Below are positions 34,368 to 46,201 of a stretch of DNA of 49,794 nt, in pieces. The translations under genes and the position numbers were made by a program. This stretch comes from Protoeuglena noctilucae. Its lineage: Eukaryota. Within the stretch, counting starts at the first letter, position 1. Every line of letters starts with the position of its first letter. The notes beneath the pieces were generated by a model, which was not told where the DNA came from, did not search any database, and worked only from the letters and a program-made list of their open reading frames with translations. Where the stretch lies: assembly GCA_958009085.1 (NCBI GenBank), contig OY253682.1, positions 930,001 to 979,794 of the forward strand, written 5' to 3'.

Positions 34368-36598
34368 TCAGAAGCGCCGCATTTGGGATGCCACGACCTG
34401 GGGGTCGAATTGGATGGGGTGCGTCTCCGGCGTGGCGTCCGGGTCCTCCTTCCACATCTTGACCGTCTTGTCCGCCTCGCACGTCACCAGGCGCGACCCG
34501 GTCGCGTCGAACGCCAGCGCGAAGATGCCCCGCTCCGACTCCACGCTCCCCGGCTGCGCCTGCGTCAGGGCCTCCTGGAAGCAGTTACCTGCGGATGAGA
34601 AGGAAGACCCGTTGATGCCCAGTGAGCCTCGTTGTTCAGAGAGCCTTGCTGTTTACAGAGCCTCGCACGTGCCCATCCCTGCCCATGCCAATCAATGCCC
34701 ACCCTCATCCCTGCCCACTGCTATCCCTGCCCATGCTCACCCGAGTCCCAGTCGTAGAATGCCAGGGCCCCGTTGTCGCACGCTGCCACGGCCACGCCGT
34801 CCTCGTTGACGCCGACGGCGTTGATGACCGACCGCGGGTGCTGCAGGAAGTTGTGCAGGAAGCGGCCCTCGGGGAATCCGAACTTCTTGATGTTGTCGGC
34901 GGCACCGGAGACGAAGGTGAACTCCTGCGGGTGCGCCGCCAGCGCCCGCACTCCCTTCTTGTGGAACGTGAGCGTGGTGGTAGCCTTCCCCGTGCGGATG
35001 TCCCAGAGGCGGATGGTGGAGTCCTGCGACCCCGTGACGCACTGGGGGTCGGGAACCTGGGACAGGATGGTGCCCACGGTGCTGTCGTGGCCGGACAGGC
35101 AGTGCACCTGCAGCTTCGTGCGCATGTCCCACATGCGGCACGTCGCGTCTGCGACCACAAGCGAGAGGTGGGGATTACAGGTCAGCAGAAAGGTGGAGGT
35201 TGCCTATCCCGTACAGTGCGCCACGGCTGCCCAGCTCCAGTCGACTGGACTTCGACATGGCATTGCGCCCGTCACCTCTGCCGCCCGTGAAGAGGACGTC
35301 CAGGGCCGGGTGCAGTGCGACCGAGTAGACGCCGCTGAGGTGGCCGTGGTAGTACCGGATGACGCGGTTGTACTCCAGGTCCCAACACCTGGGGGAGGGA
35401 AGAGAACGGGCACACAGTCGGCAATCGACACGGAGTGGCGACGCAGCTGCTGAGAGAAGGTGGCCATGTGCGCGTGGTGCGACCCACCGCACGGTCTTGT
35501 CCAGGCCGACGGAGAAGAGGTACGGGTGCCTGCTGGAGACGGCCAGCCCCGTGACCTGCTCGATGTGACCAGTCAGCGTCAGCTTCAGCTGCCCCGACGC
35601 CGTGTCCCAGATCTTGATGGTGCGATCGCCCGCGCCCGTGGCGAACCACTCATTCGAGGGGTCGAAGGCCACGGAGCGGACCCAGCCGAGGTGGCCGGAG
35701 ATGACGCGGTAGAGCTTCCAGGGGGCGTGCCACTTGGGGCGCGGCCAGCGGGACGGAAGACGGCGCGCGATGGCCGCGCTCGGCGTGTACTCGCGCTCGC
35801 CGCCACCCGCGGCCGGCACGGTCAGCGCCCCGCCCCGCTCGTCCGCCACCCTCCGCGCCAACGCCAGCACCTTGGATTGGTCGGCCGACGCCCGCTCCTC
35901 GTGAGACTCTGGGGGCAGTGCAGCGATGCGAGAGTGGTGCTACAGGCACGGGTCTCCTGTCCGCGTGTGCCTGCGCTCTCCTCTGTCTCGCACTCACCAG
36001 GCATCGAGTCAATCATCGCCTCGATCTCGGACTTCTTATCGCGGGCAGACGCCTCTCGGGCCTGGGTCGCCAGCCCCGCCGCGGCGATGGAGGCCGGCGC
36101 GGGGCCGCGGGAAGCGGCCTGGCCACTCGTGTCCTGCTTCTGCTGCTGCTGAGGCAGGTTCTGCAGGCGCAGGGACGCGGCACGGCGAAGTGGCGGGTGC
36201 AGCAGACGCGTGGCCGTGGCAGCCGCGACGTGGGGCGTTAGAGCAGCGATTGGCCGCACCAGGACCCCCTTGAACTCGTCTCGGATTTTGCTGGCCAGAT
36301 GAGCTCTTCGGGAAGCCTCCTCCGCGCCCGCCAAGTCGTCATCTGTGCCCCGGAACACCAGGTGCCTGCGACCGGACGCGGAAGCCCATGCCGTGCGGTG
36401 ACAGGCGTCAAGACCGCGCTACGTGATACGGAGAATAGATCGGCAAGGGCCCAGGACGCGAGGCACGGAGCACGCGCGGCTTTGGTGGCCGCTCCCTCAC
36501 GTGCGCTTCCGCGACGCCTCCAGCGCCTCTCCTAGCGAGAACCCCGCCCCCCCCTCCCCATCCTTGGTCGACGCCGTCATCGCCGCTGCCGCCACCAT
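34368..36598 (-). CDS. PRL1: Pleiotropic regulator 1 (PRL1/PLRG1/Prp46), NTC WD40 splicing factor; multi-exon
   Basis: [83 protein letters not shown] and [13 protein letters not shown]. Confidence 0.96.
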
Positions 36599-37051
36599 GG
36601 CTCCCACGGAAGGGCGGACGGTGCGGCGACGCCTCGCGCTGCCCCAGCAGCAACCGTCCCCGCGGGCCCTGCGGCCCCCTCCGCCACCAGCAGGGACAAC
36701 GAGGAGCTAAAATCAATAGCTGCTATACGAAGCGAGTCGCGATCCACCCAGAAAAGCCACTGCCAAAGGTGCAGGTCTGTGACACAATCCCCAGAGTCAC
36801 AGAGTGGGTGCGTGGCCTGTCTGTCGGAGCTGCTTTGACACGATGAAGAAGGGATGAGGGTCTGTCAAAGTTAGCGCCTGCGTGATGGCGTCGGACTGAC
36901 GAAGCACTGGCGGACTCCTGCACTTCACTTGGGATTCCATACTCCGCCAGCGCAATTTCTATTCCAATGCGGCGCTGGACCGCGTAAAGCGCACGTCTGT
37001 GTGCTCACACGGCGGGTTTCCTCGCGACTCGGGGCGGGAGGCCGGGGCATC

Positions 37052-37881
37052 ATGTCGGCGCGTGAGCTCGAGAGCCTGTTGGGGGATAAGCGGAGCATGC
37101 GGAGCCGAAAGGTGTCGGAGAGGATGGCGGTGGTAGGCGAGGTGAGAGAGCGCGCCGCGCCATGCTATCGCTCGCGAATCGGCGAGAGTTTTTGGGCAAT
37201 TCCTCCCTCGGCACGCGCTGCGCAGAACGAGAGGAGGGCGGCGATAGAAGCGCGGCTGGAGGCGTTGGAAAATGACAATGCAGCTCTTGACCAATTCGGG
37301 GCGGACGAGTCCGACGACGAGGTGGGCGAGGGGGAGCGGGCTGGGCGCGTCTTGATTGCACTGAGTTACGCTGGGCCCCGCAGCGCACCCGCGCCGCGAT
37401 GGCCGCCGCAGTTTGCCATGACGGTGGACGAGGACGGCAACGAGATTGAGGCGCCAGGAGGGAAGCGGAAGAAGGGGGCGGCGAGGAGGAGCGGGGTGGG
37501 CACGGCACGGCGGACACGGTGGGTGGCCTGACAGCTCAGTTGAAGAGCTGTGCTGCAGCTAGAAGACGCGGTGCGTGACGCGCCATCTCACAGCACCCAC
37601 CTCGCGCCCCGGCCCTGGCTTTCGCTTGCAGGGGCAAGGTGACCGGCCGTGGCCCCCGCACCTTCCAGATGGTGTTGGAGGAGGCGGGGCTGGAGGGGTA
37701 CTCGGAGCCCAACTACCTGGCGGCCGCGGCCGGGCCACCCGTGGCGTACGCGCCTCGCAAGTTCTGCAGCGTTTGCAGCATGGTCGCCGCCTACACATGC
37801 GTGCGGTGTGGGGCGCGGTACTGCAGCCAGCGTTGCTACGGGACGCACTCCGACACCCGCTGCCTTAAATTCATGGCGTGA
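37052..37881 (+). CDS. SWC6: SWR1 complex subunit SWC6/SEF/ZNHIT1 (HIT zinc finger); 4 exons
   Basis: ARLEALENDN and PNYLAAAAGPP..PRKFCSVCSMVAAYTCVRCGARYCSQRCYGTHSDTRCLKF. Confidence 0.93.
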
Positions 37882-38221
37882 ACGCACGGTGTCGTTGCCT
37901 AGCTAGACGTAGTAACTACCCTAGTCCATGTCGTATTCTACGATGGCCCCTGTTGCGCTATGGGGCTGTGCCGGTGGCCCAGGCACTGCTGCTTGCTATG
38001 CTAGTTGGAAGGATGAAGCGGGATGAGGATAGGACGAGAGAGCGCGCGGGCGCCCCTGCGGCACCCGTGTGCATCGCTGGGCGGGTACCCGACCCATGGC
38101 GGTGCCGCTAAGAGAACACACAACCTAACGCGCGGGCTCCTACAGAGAGCCGCACTAAGCTAGTCTAACGATAACCAGGGTCCGCCGACGAACGCGAAAA
38201 GGGAGAGGGACGCGGGGTCCG

Positions 38222-40118
38222 TCAGGCGATGGGCGTCAGTGCCTTGCCTGCCGACTGCACGCCCGGGACCATTGCCGATGGAGCCTGGGGGGCCACCATG
38301 CGCACCACCGTGACCCCCTCGGACGCCGAATGCCCCGCACCTGGCGGGGGCGCCGGCTTGGTCCGGGGGCCAGCCGCAGCAGCCTTGCCACCCAGCTGCA
38401 GCGTCGCGGGCTTGTCGCTGCGATGGTGGAGAGACATTGCTCTTTCGCAAACACAGCAGGTATGCAGGGATCGAGCTGCCGCGTGCCGCACGCCATGCCC
38501 GGCTGCCGCTCACCTCTTGGGTGGCGCGTCGGCGTCGGCGCTGAGGGTGCTATGGGGCACGCTCCCCATCACAGACGCGATGGCCCTGCCCGTGGCGGAC
38601 AGCTTCCCCTCCGGTCCCTTGACCTGCGGGAATGGTGCATGGGCGCGTGGCATAGCCCTGCGGCACTAGAGACCCCTCCCCTTCACCCCGCATTGCAGTC
38701 GTAGCCCACCCGCGGCGCCATCCTGGCCAGCTCCTCCCGCGTCAGGATGGGGTTGAAGAAGGCGTCCGCGATCGCCAGCAGGATGGGCTCCCAGTGTGCG
38801 ACCGACAGCAGGTCCTTGGTGATGGCGCACTGCACCACCAAGTCGCTGCGGAGAGGGCGGGGCGGGGCAGGGTGGTCACGACGACGCCATGACATGTCGA
38901 GTCCACACAGCGAAGAGGCACGGGTCACACCAAGACATGCTAAACACGGCCAAGCGGCGCACGTATGTATCCAATCTGCTTGCCTCTGCTCCCGCAGGTC
39001 CTCGAGGGGCGTCGACCCCCTCGCGTCCGGCAGCGACCCCGGCGCCGTCCACCAGTCCCTCTCCTCCGACCCCGCAGCGGCGCCCTTGGCCTCCCGCTCC
39101 TCCGCCTCCTCCCCCTCCCTCGCACGCCGGTCGCCCCCACGCAGCGCGCGCCCCGCCGCCCCCGACTGCGCCGACAGGCACCCCACAGGCGCCACGGCCC
39201 CCCGGCACATCAGGTCCAAAGTCTCCGTCGCTCCCCCGGGGGCGGCACCCGACGCGTGCAGGGACACGGCATGCCCCGACTGCAGCAGCACTGCCTTGAC
39301 GTGGACCTCGAGCCCACTCGCTCCCCTCGACTCGACCTGGCGGATCTCCGCCAGTGGCAACCCCGCCACGTCCATCACCTCCGAGACCCGGATGGCTGCG
39401 GACTGCGACGCGTCGCGCTCCACCGCGCCCCTCCGCAGCCGCAGCTTGCCCCAGTGCTCCGGGGCCAGCGCCACCGCCGCGCCCTGCCGCTGGAGGGGCA
39501 CCTGCAGCACCGCCACGGGGACCAGGAAGCCGGCAGAGCCCGCGGGACGGGCCGGGCTGGCGGACGCGTGGCGCAAGTCGTCCGTGTTCATCAGGTGCCA
39601 TGCCTTGGCGACGCCGCGGCCACGGCGGTGCCGGGACATCACCACGAGCTCTGCAGGAGAGGAGGGGGCCTCGCTGCGTCAGGGCCCGGCACCGCGTGGC
39701 GCCACGACGTGCCGATGCACTCCATGGGCGACAAGGGCCCCCCCACCGCCCGGCGGACCCGGCGCTGAGGACCCGCAGGAGTCCCATGTCTCGACATGCT
39801 CATTTTGCGCCTCATGATGAGGCCGAGGGTACTTACGGAGAGTGGGAAACACCCAAAAGGACACATGTCAAACACGGGGAGTTTGCCGTGCCAAGGTGAC
39901 ATCCCAGCGAACGAGAGGCTCGTCAAGGAGTCCCGCCGCGTCGTATTGGAGCCGTAAGGTGGCGCGAGAGAAAAAACACGCCGAATGGACCCCGAACCTC
40001 GCGCTGTTGGCCTGCAAAGCGCGTCACCTGCATTGCCGCGTTGCTCGGCAAACTGGTGCTGTGCAGGCGTCGCGTAGAAGTCCGCATCTTCACAAAGAGT
40101 GCTACCCGCGTTGCCCAT
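38222..40118 (-). CDS. Hypothetical multi-exon protein with an N-terminal MGNAGS myristoylation-like motif
   Basis: A large open exon at about 39652-38984 is flanked by plausible splice sites, with further exons down to the stop at 38222. The ATG at 40118 is divergent from TSEN34. The 5' exon structure is ambiguous and I recognise no family. Confidence 0.55.
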
Positions 40119-40500
40119 GGCAAATGCGCTGGCGATGTGCTCCCGGTGGGCGCAGCGCAAGGTGTCACGTGGATGCCCCGCGAGCTGGATGTCTGCTGCA
40201 GGCGGAGACAGCAGCGAGCAGCCTTGTCAGGGAGACAGCGCGCAATCAGTGCCAAATCGCAGGTGATTGAGCGGTCCAGCGACAGCGGAGCTTCTGTGCC
40301 AGCGCAACGGCCCATCCCATCCTGGGCCAATAACCGCGTGGAGCGGCAATGGTCGCACCACCTCCTTTTACGCACTGTGCATTGACAGGCCGCGTCGCAT
40401 TCCTTATCACCCAGTCAGATTGGGCCTCGCTCGTGAGTCTCGCACAATGGAAGAGAAACTTGCGCAGAGTGACGACGGAGGAGGCGAGAACGGCAGACGG

Positions 40501-41706
40501 ATGGTGCATATCAGCGTGGAGGGAGATGACGGCTACGTTTGGAGCGCTGCAGGCGAGTCTGGATCGCGTTGCCGGCCTCCGGGCACTCTGCAGCGCTGCA
40601 CCCGCGCCGATGCAGCGGCTAACGGCGGTTGCGGAGGCTGCCGATGTCTGAGTGCCATGGCATGTGCCTTGGCATGTGCCTGCAGACGCGGCGTGGATGC
40701 AGCGGGAGATGCGCATCGTGGGTGCGGACGTGGGCGGGCAGCGCCGGGGGAGGGGTCAGGGGAGCGAGCGGGGCCTGCCGGTGCAGCTGATGGCAGAGGA
40801 GGTGGCGGTGCTCCTGGAGGCGGGGGTGGCGCGCGTGCAGCCGGCGCGGGGGTGGGGGGCCGGCCCGAGCGCGCCAGGCGTAGAGCGCGCCACGGGTGCA
40901 GCTGCAGCACCCGACCAGGGTGGCTCTTGGCAGTCGGCGCTTCCCGGGGACGGCGAGCGCTTCTCCGTCCCCGCCGCGGCACCGGACCCACCCACCGCCA
41001 CGGGCGAGGGGCAGGTCTGGGAAGTGAGGGGCGTTTTGCGCTGCCATGGCGGCTCACATCATACCCGCTCGTCCCACCTCTCACACAGTGCGTGGCTGAC
41101 ATCCGCGTCTCTCCCCCGCAGTGGACCTTCCCCAGCACTCCCCGCGAGCGTGACCTCCTCGCCGTGTTCCGCGACCTGCACCGACGCGGCATGCGCCTGG
41201 TGCCTGGCCGACAGGTGGGGGCCACCACCTCAACAACAGTGGGGGAACCTGAAAGAGCGGTTTTATTGTTGCGCTTGACCCACTCCCTCCGCTTTATTTC
41301 CCAGTTCGGCGGTGACTTCCTGGCCTATGAGGACGACCCCTCGCGCGTGCATGCGTCCTTCGTGGTGGCGGTGGTGGGGCGCGGCGACCCCCTGCTGCCC
41401 TCCTCGCTGGCGGCTCGGGCGCGCGCCGCCCACGGGGCCCTCAAGCACCTGCTGCTGGCATGGGTGGAGCGGGGGGAGGGGGGCGGTGTGGCGTATGTGT
41501 CGGTGGAGCCACCGCTGGGATTCCAAGGCGCAGAGCGGCGCAGGGCGGTGCGCGCACAGCAGATGCAGAGGGCGCAGGGGACGGGGCAGCAGTCGGCGGG
41601 GCAGTCGGCGGGGCAGTCGGCGGAGGTCCGCGCCGCGTCCCCCGACTCGGAGGGGGAGGGAGCGGGCGAGGCGGTGGGGTCCGACGACGACAGCGCCGCA
41701 AGCTAG
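40501..41706 (+). CDS. TSEN34: tRNA-splicing endonuclease catalytic subunit SEN34; about 4 exons
   Basis: YVWSAADAAWMQREMRIVG, GLPVQLMAEEVAVLL and VFRDLHRRGMRLVPGRQFGGDFLAYEDDPSRVHASFVV..ARARAAHGALKHLLLA, with the Tyr/His/Lys triad present. Confidence 0.9.
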   Translation: MVHISVEGDDGYVWSAAGESGSRCRPPGTLQRCTRADAAANGGCGGCRCLSAMACALACACRRGVDAAGDAHRGCGRGRAAPGEGSGERAGPAGAADGRGGGGAPGGGGGARAAGAGVGGRPERARRRARHGCSCSTRPGWLLAVGASRGRRALLRPRRGTGPTHRHGRGAGLGSEGRFALPWRLTSYPLVPPLTQCVADIRVSPPQWTFPSTPRERDLLAVFRDLHRRGMRLVPGRQVGATTSTTVGEPERAVLLLRLTHSLRFISQFGGDFLAYEDDPSRVHASFVVAVVGRGDPLLPSSLAARARAAHGALKHLLLAWVERGEGGGVAYVSVEPPLGFQGAERRRAVRAQQMQRAQGTGQQSAGQSAGQSAEVRAASPDSEGEGAGEAVGSDDDSAAS

Positions 41707-42632
41707 GCAGGCATGGATGTGGCCGTCGTAGTGGCGACGCTTGCACACAGTGACGGCGCGGCTAGCTGAGCAGGCATAGCACTGGCCATGCGTTTTTTGT
41801 GGCGATGCTTCAAACCGCGGCGGGGAGCTCCTGCGTCCCCGCGCCTGAGCCGCCCTGCCACCGAGGCGCCAGGGTCACAGCGCCGGGGCAGTCGAAGCTC
41901 GCTGCTAGGGATGGACGGCGCCAGGCGATTCCCGTGCGTGCGGAGGGGCCGCGGCGGGCCGGAGCGCCAGGCTCGGCAGCCGCGAAAGGGCGTTGAAAAG
42001 CTATGCAGCGCCGGAGGGGCGGCCAGGGTAGGGAGGGTGCGCCTGTGGCGCGGGCAGACCGCCCTGCGCACACACGACCAAACGAAAGCTCGCCAGGCGA
42101 GCCAGGGGAACGCAGGGCAGCGCGGAGCAGCACGCATCGGGCGCGGGCGGCCCGCGGGGACGGCAGCGGGCGGGATGAGCGCTGCTAAGGGGGCCGTCCC
42201 TGCCGGGCCATCCTGCGCTGCTGCGACGCGACGAGTGCCGTCGGTGTCCATGTCGTCATGTCGGTGCTCTACGCCTGACAGGAGAGGCCTCAGCCCAGCA
42301 CGCCTGCGCGTGACGTGACGCGAGGGGCTGGGACGGGACGGGGTTGGGGGACGGGGATGGGGAAGGAGCCACGACTGGGCAGCGCCGGGGCGACTGGGCC
42401 AGCGGGCGGGAGCGCGGGGATCGGAAAGCTAGCGCTCGACCGTTCGGGAAGTCTGTAAGGCAGGGGGGCGACGGTGGAGCGGCCGCCGGGGGTGGCACGG
42501 CGGGCCGGGAAACGGGGAACTCCGGCGACGGAAAAGCTTGGCGTTGCTCGGATGCGGGCCGGGTGACCCGGCCTGTGTCCGCCCGGCAGGGGGCGGGGTG
42601 ATGTCGTGGGGGGCGGTCCTGAGAGGCGTTCC

Positions 42633-45349
42633 TTAGAGGTTGAGGCCCATGGACCCGAGGATCTGGCTGCCTGGCATCTGACTCTGCCCGACGCTGCTGG
42701 TGGGACCTGCGGGGGGTGAGGGGGGGCCGGGTGTCCTGTGGGGTGCCTGGACAGCATGGCAGGGTACCAGACAGGGTGTGCGAGACGAGGCACGCCATCC
42801 TCCCCCATCCTCGGACAGGGCGCGCGAGTACCACGGCGTGCGGTGGTCGTCTCCCGTCTCAGGCGTCACCTGCCCCGAGGGAGAGGGACTGGACGGCGTC
42901 GACGAGGCCGGGGACGGACGCCCCGACGGACGAAGCGAGGGCGGCCTCCACGGTGGGGAGGGGCAGCCCGGTGGAGAGGGCCAGGGACGCGGCTGCGTTG
43001 CCCCCCACGCCCAGCGCGCCCTGCCCCTGCCCCAGCGACGCCTGGCCCAGGGAGGGCTGCAGGGACGCCTGCGCCATGGCGGCCACGTCCAGCGGCGGCG
43101 GGGACCCTTGCGGCAGGGACCCCATCAGCAGCTCCATGGACGCGGCCGCCTGCACCGACGCGGGCGACGACGACAGGGGGCCCAGGGGCACCGAGTGGGC
43201 AGCCGCAGCCGCAGCAGCCGCCGCCGCCAGGGGATCCAGGCCCAGCGACCCGTGCCCCCCGTTCCCCGTCAGCTGCAGCGCCTGGTCCAGGGGCAGCCCC
43301 GCGTGCTGCGCGCTGCTGGCAAGGTGCTCCAGCGCCGCGCTGCCCAGGGCCGCGCTCCGGGCCTGCGGGGAAGCGACGAGGCACCCGTCGTGCATGCGCA
43401 GGGTCGGCAACGGGACGCAGGGCATGCGTCTGACCGGCACCGGCACCCCACCTCGTCGGCCCGCTTCTCGGCCATGGCGGTGATGGCCGCGTCGATGATG
43501 CTGGCCGTGGCAGCCGTGGCCGCCGCCGTCTGCGCCTGCTCCACGTTCGCCGCCGTGGGGTCCGCGGCCGCCGTCGCGCCCGCCACGTCCGCCGCCACCT
43601 TGGCCGCCATCACGGCCGCGTTGGCCGTGGCCGCCGCCACCGCCACGTTTTGGGGGGTGGGGTCCGCCGCGGCCGTCGCCACCGCGGAGGCGGCGGCAGC
43701 GTTGGCCGCCGCCGCGTTCGCCGACGCCGTTTGCAGCTGCGGGGAGGGCCGAGGCAAGGCGAGGTGAGGCGAAGACGCGGCGCGGCACAAGCGGGCAGGG
43801 GTGCGCATGTGCGCTTGCAGCCCAATGCGTCGTCTCCTCACCGAGGGGACGCCCGCCGCCTCGAGGACACCCGTGAGGGGATTGGCGGCCGCCATGCCCC
43901 GGGACGCCAGGCCCATGGATCGCTGCGGCACCAGCGGTGGCTGGGACTGCTGCGGGGGGGGGCGAGCGGCGGACCCTGAGCTGAGACGCGCGGGGGGAGA
44001 GGTGGCGCGCGCCTTGGCTCTGCGTCCCCTGCCCCTCGCCTCGTAGCCCGGGCTGAGCATGGGGTTGAGTGGCCCCACAGAGGCGGGCATGGCCAGGGAG
44101 GCGTAGTGCTGCTGCATCATCTGCTGCTGGGCCTGCGCCATGCGCAGCTGCGCCAGGTGGTACTGCTGCGGCAGCGCGGCCGCCCCCGGCCCCGGCACCA
44201 CCAGGCCGGGCATGCCGGCGTTGAAGCCGGGGAGCGCGTGGCCCACGCTCGGGAGGGGGTACCCCGCGCCCGCGCCAAGCAGCGCGCCCATGTGCGGCAT
44301 GCCCAGCACCGCCGGGTTGACCCCCGCGCCCGGCAGCACCCCGGGGAAGGGCCACCCGCCCACCCCGACCCTCTGGTCCCTCGGCAGGGCCCGCTTGATC
44401 TCGATGGTCTTGCCGTGGAACTCGTGCACCGACGACTGCGACAGCACGCGCGCCACGCTCTCCTCGTCCTTGAAGCTCACGAACCCGAAGCCGCGCGACT
44501 TGTTGCTCACGGCGTCGTACAAAATGATGGCGTCCTCCACCTCCCCGAACTTGGACGCCCAGTCCTGCGGGGGGACGCGGGGGACACGGAGATGCGCGGA
44601 GGCGCTTCAGGGGGGCGCGGACAGCCCGCACCGCCCCGGCCCCGCCCCGCGGAGGGCCCGTCCGTCTACCCGGCCCGCACCTTGAACTCTTCCTCCGTGA
44701 CGGTGGGCGGCAGGCCCCCGACGAAGATGCGACGCAAATACTCGGACTCATCCACGCGTTTCCGCCTCTCCGGGGGCGCCTCGGCCCGCGACAGCGCCGG
44801 CTTGGCCTCCACCTTCGCCCACGCCCAGGGCGGCCGTCGCGGGCGCGCCCGGCGCACGGGGCCCCGCAGAGGCCCGACGCGGCGACGCAAAAAAGGCCCT
44901 TGCGCAGCGCAGCGACCGCCGCCAAGCGAAAGCACTCGCCTTTCGGCCGTCCACGGTGTGGGGCATCCCGATCACTTTCTCGGCCACGTCCGGTTCCTTG
45001 TAGACCACGAATCCAAAGCCCCGCGGCCTGCCGGACAGCCGATCGTAGCTCACAAATGCCTCCTCCACCTCTCCGAACTTGGAGAAGTACGCCCTGCGCG
45101 CCCGGCGCCGTGGGGAGGAGGGTCCCCGTGCCTCGGAAACACGGCCCGGAGCCGCGTCCCGGCGCCGCGCCAAGCGATGTCAGGAGGGCCGCGCGCGGAC
45201 ATCGAAACCCTCGACACGTTGGAGCCCCCGCGGACCGCTCTGACGCCCCCGCGCGGCCCGTGGATCGCACGCAACGCAGCCCACCTGAGCGCCGCATCGT
45301 CCGTCGCCCAGCTGAGGCCCCCGATGAATATCTTGCCCTCCTTGCTCAT
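42633..45349 (-). CDS. Two-RRM RNA-binding protein (Musashi/hnRNP A/B/Hrp1-like) with an Ala/Gln-rich tail; about 8 exons
   Basis: KIFIGGLSWAT, RPRGFGFVVY, HTVDGRKVEAK, RIFVGGLPPTVTEEEF, KSRGFGFVSF and HEFHGKTIEIKRA. Confidence 0.92.
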
Positions 45350-46201
45350 TCTGACCTACCCTGCTCACGACGCAAGGGAGATACGCTACGCAAATGGCCC
45401 CCGGCGGCTGCCTGCCATAGAAGTCAGCGACCAGGGGCTGCGGGGCCTCGCGCCGCCGCAATCAAGGGAAGCGCCCGCGCTGCTACAGCACGACGACAGT
45501 AGGAAAGACAGTAGCAGGGTTCGCTGCGCCCGGCGGCCAAGCTTTCGCGCCCGCGGACGCCCAACGACGCGTCCCGAGGCCTGTCCTGCGCAAAGATGGC
45601 GACGGGACAACCTCAGTGGGATCTTTTCGCGATCTTGTGCGGGGTCGGGCGCAGGGAAGGCCGGGGCTCGCAGGAAAGCCCGTCTGACTGGGGGACAGGA
45701 CGTGCGTCACCCTCCTCCTGCGCTCGTGCCGGCGCACATGCGTGCGAGTGAGCCACCGCGAGTTACACTGAGACCCTCCGCGCGACCGGAGGCCGGCGGC
45801 TGGGAGTGTCTCCGCGACAAGCCGTCGATTAGTGCGTCCTCGCTGCTGGCCGAGGTCTCGAGGGACAAAGGAGGATCGCACTAGCCCGCGGCGTTCCTTC
45901 GGGCTCGCCGGTGGGCATGTCGCTCCACTTGCCGCCAGCGGGCTGGCCGGCGTCGCAGGCCCGCGGTCTCAACAGGGCTGAGACTCGAGTCCATTGCTCC
46001 GAGCGCGAGCTGCGACGCCCTCTCGGCCGGGGCCGCGACGGGGCGAGGTCAGTACAGACGGCTTTGCAGCGTGTGGCTGGGGTGGCGCGGAATCCAGTTG
46101 GATGCGCCCGGTAGACATGGCAAATCTCGTTGCTGTCTCGCCTCTATCTGCGGGTGTGCGGGCGTCCTTCGAGGCGGCCCCATCGCCCACGGCCGGCCTG
46201 G

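Noticed and set aside
41707..42632. Possible extra gene between TSEN34 and the RRM gene
   Set aside because: The ORFs are low-complexity with no motif or convincing splice pattern. The region is best explained as convergent 3' UTRs.
42859..45297. 812-aa ORF and other long overlapping ORFs (5764-7395, 26409-27851, 44106-45884)
   Set aside because: These are shadow or antisense frames and intron read-through caused by stop-codon scarcity at very high GC. The real genes are spliced in other frames.
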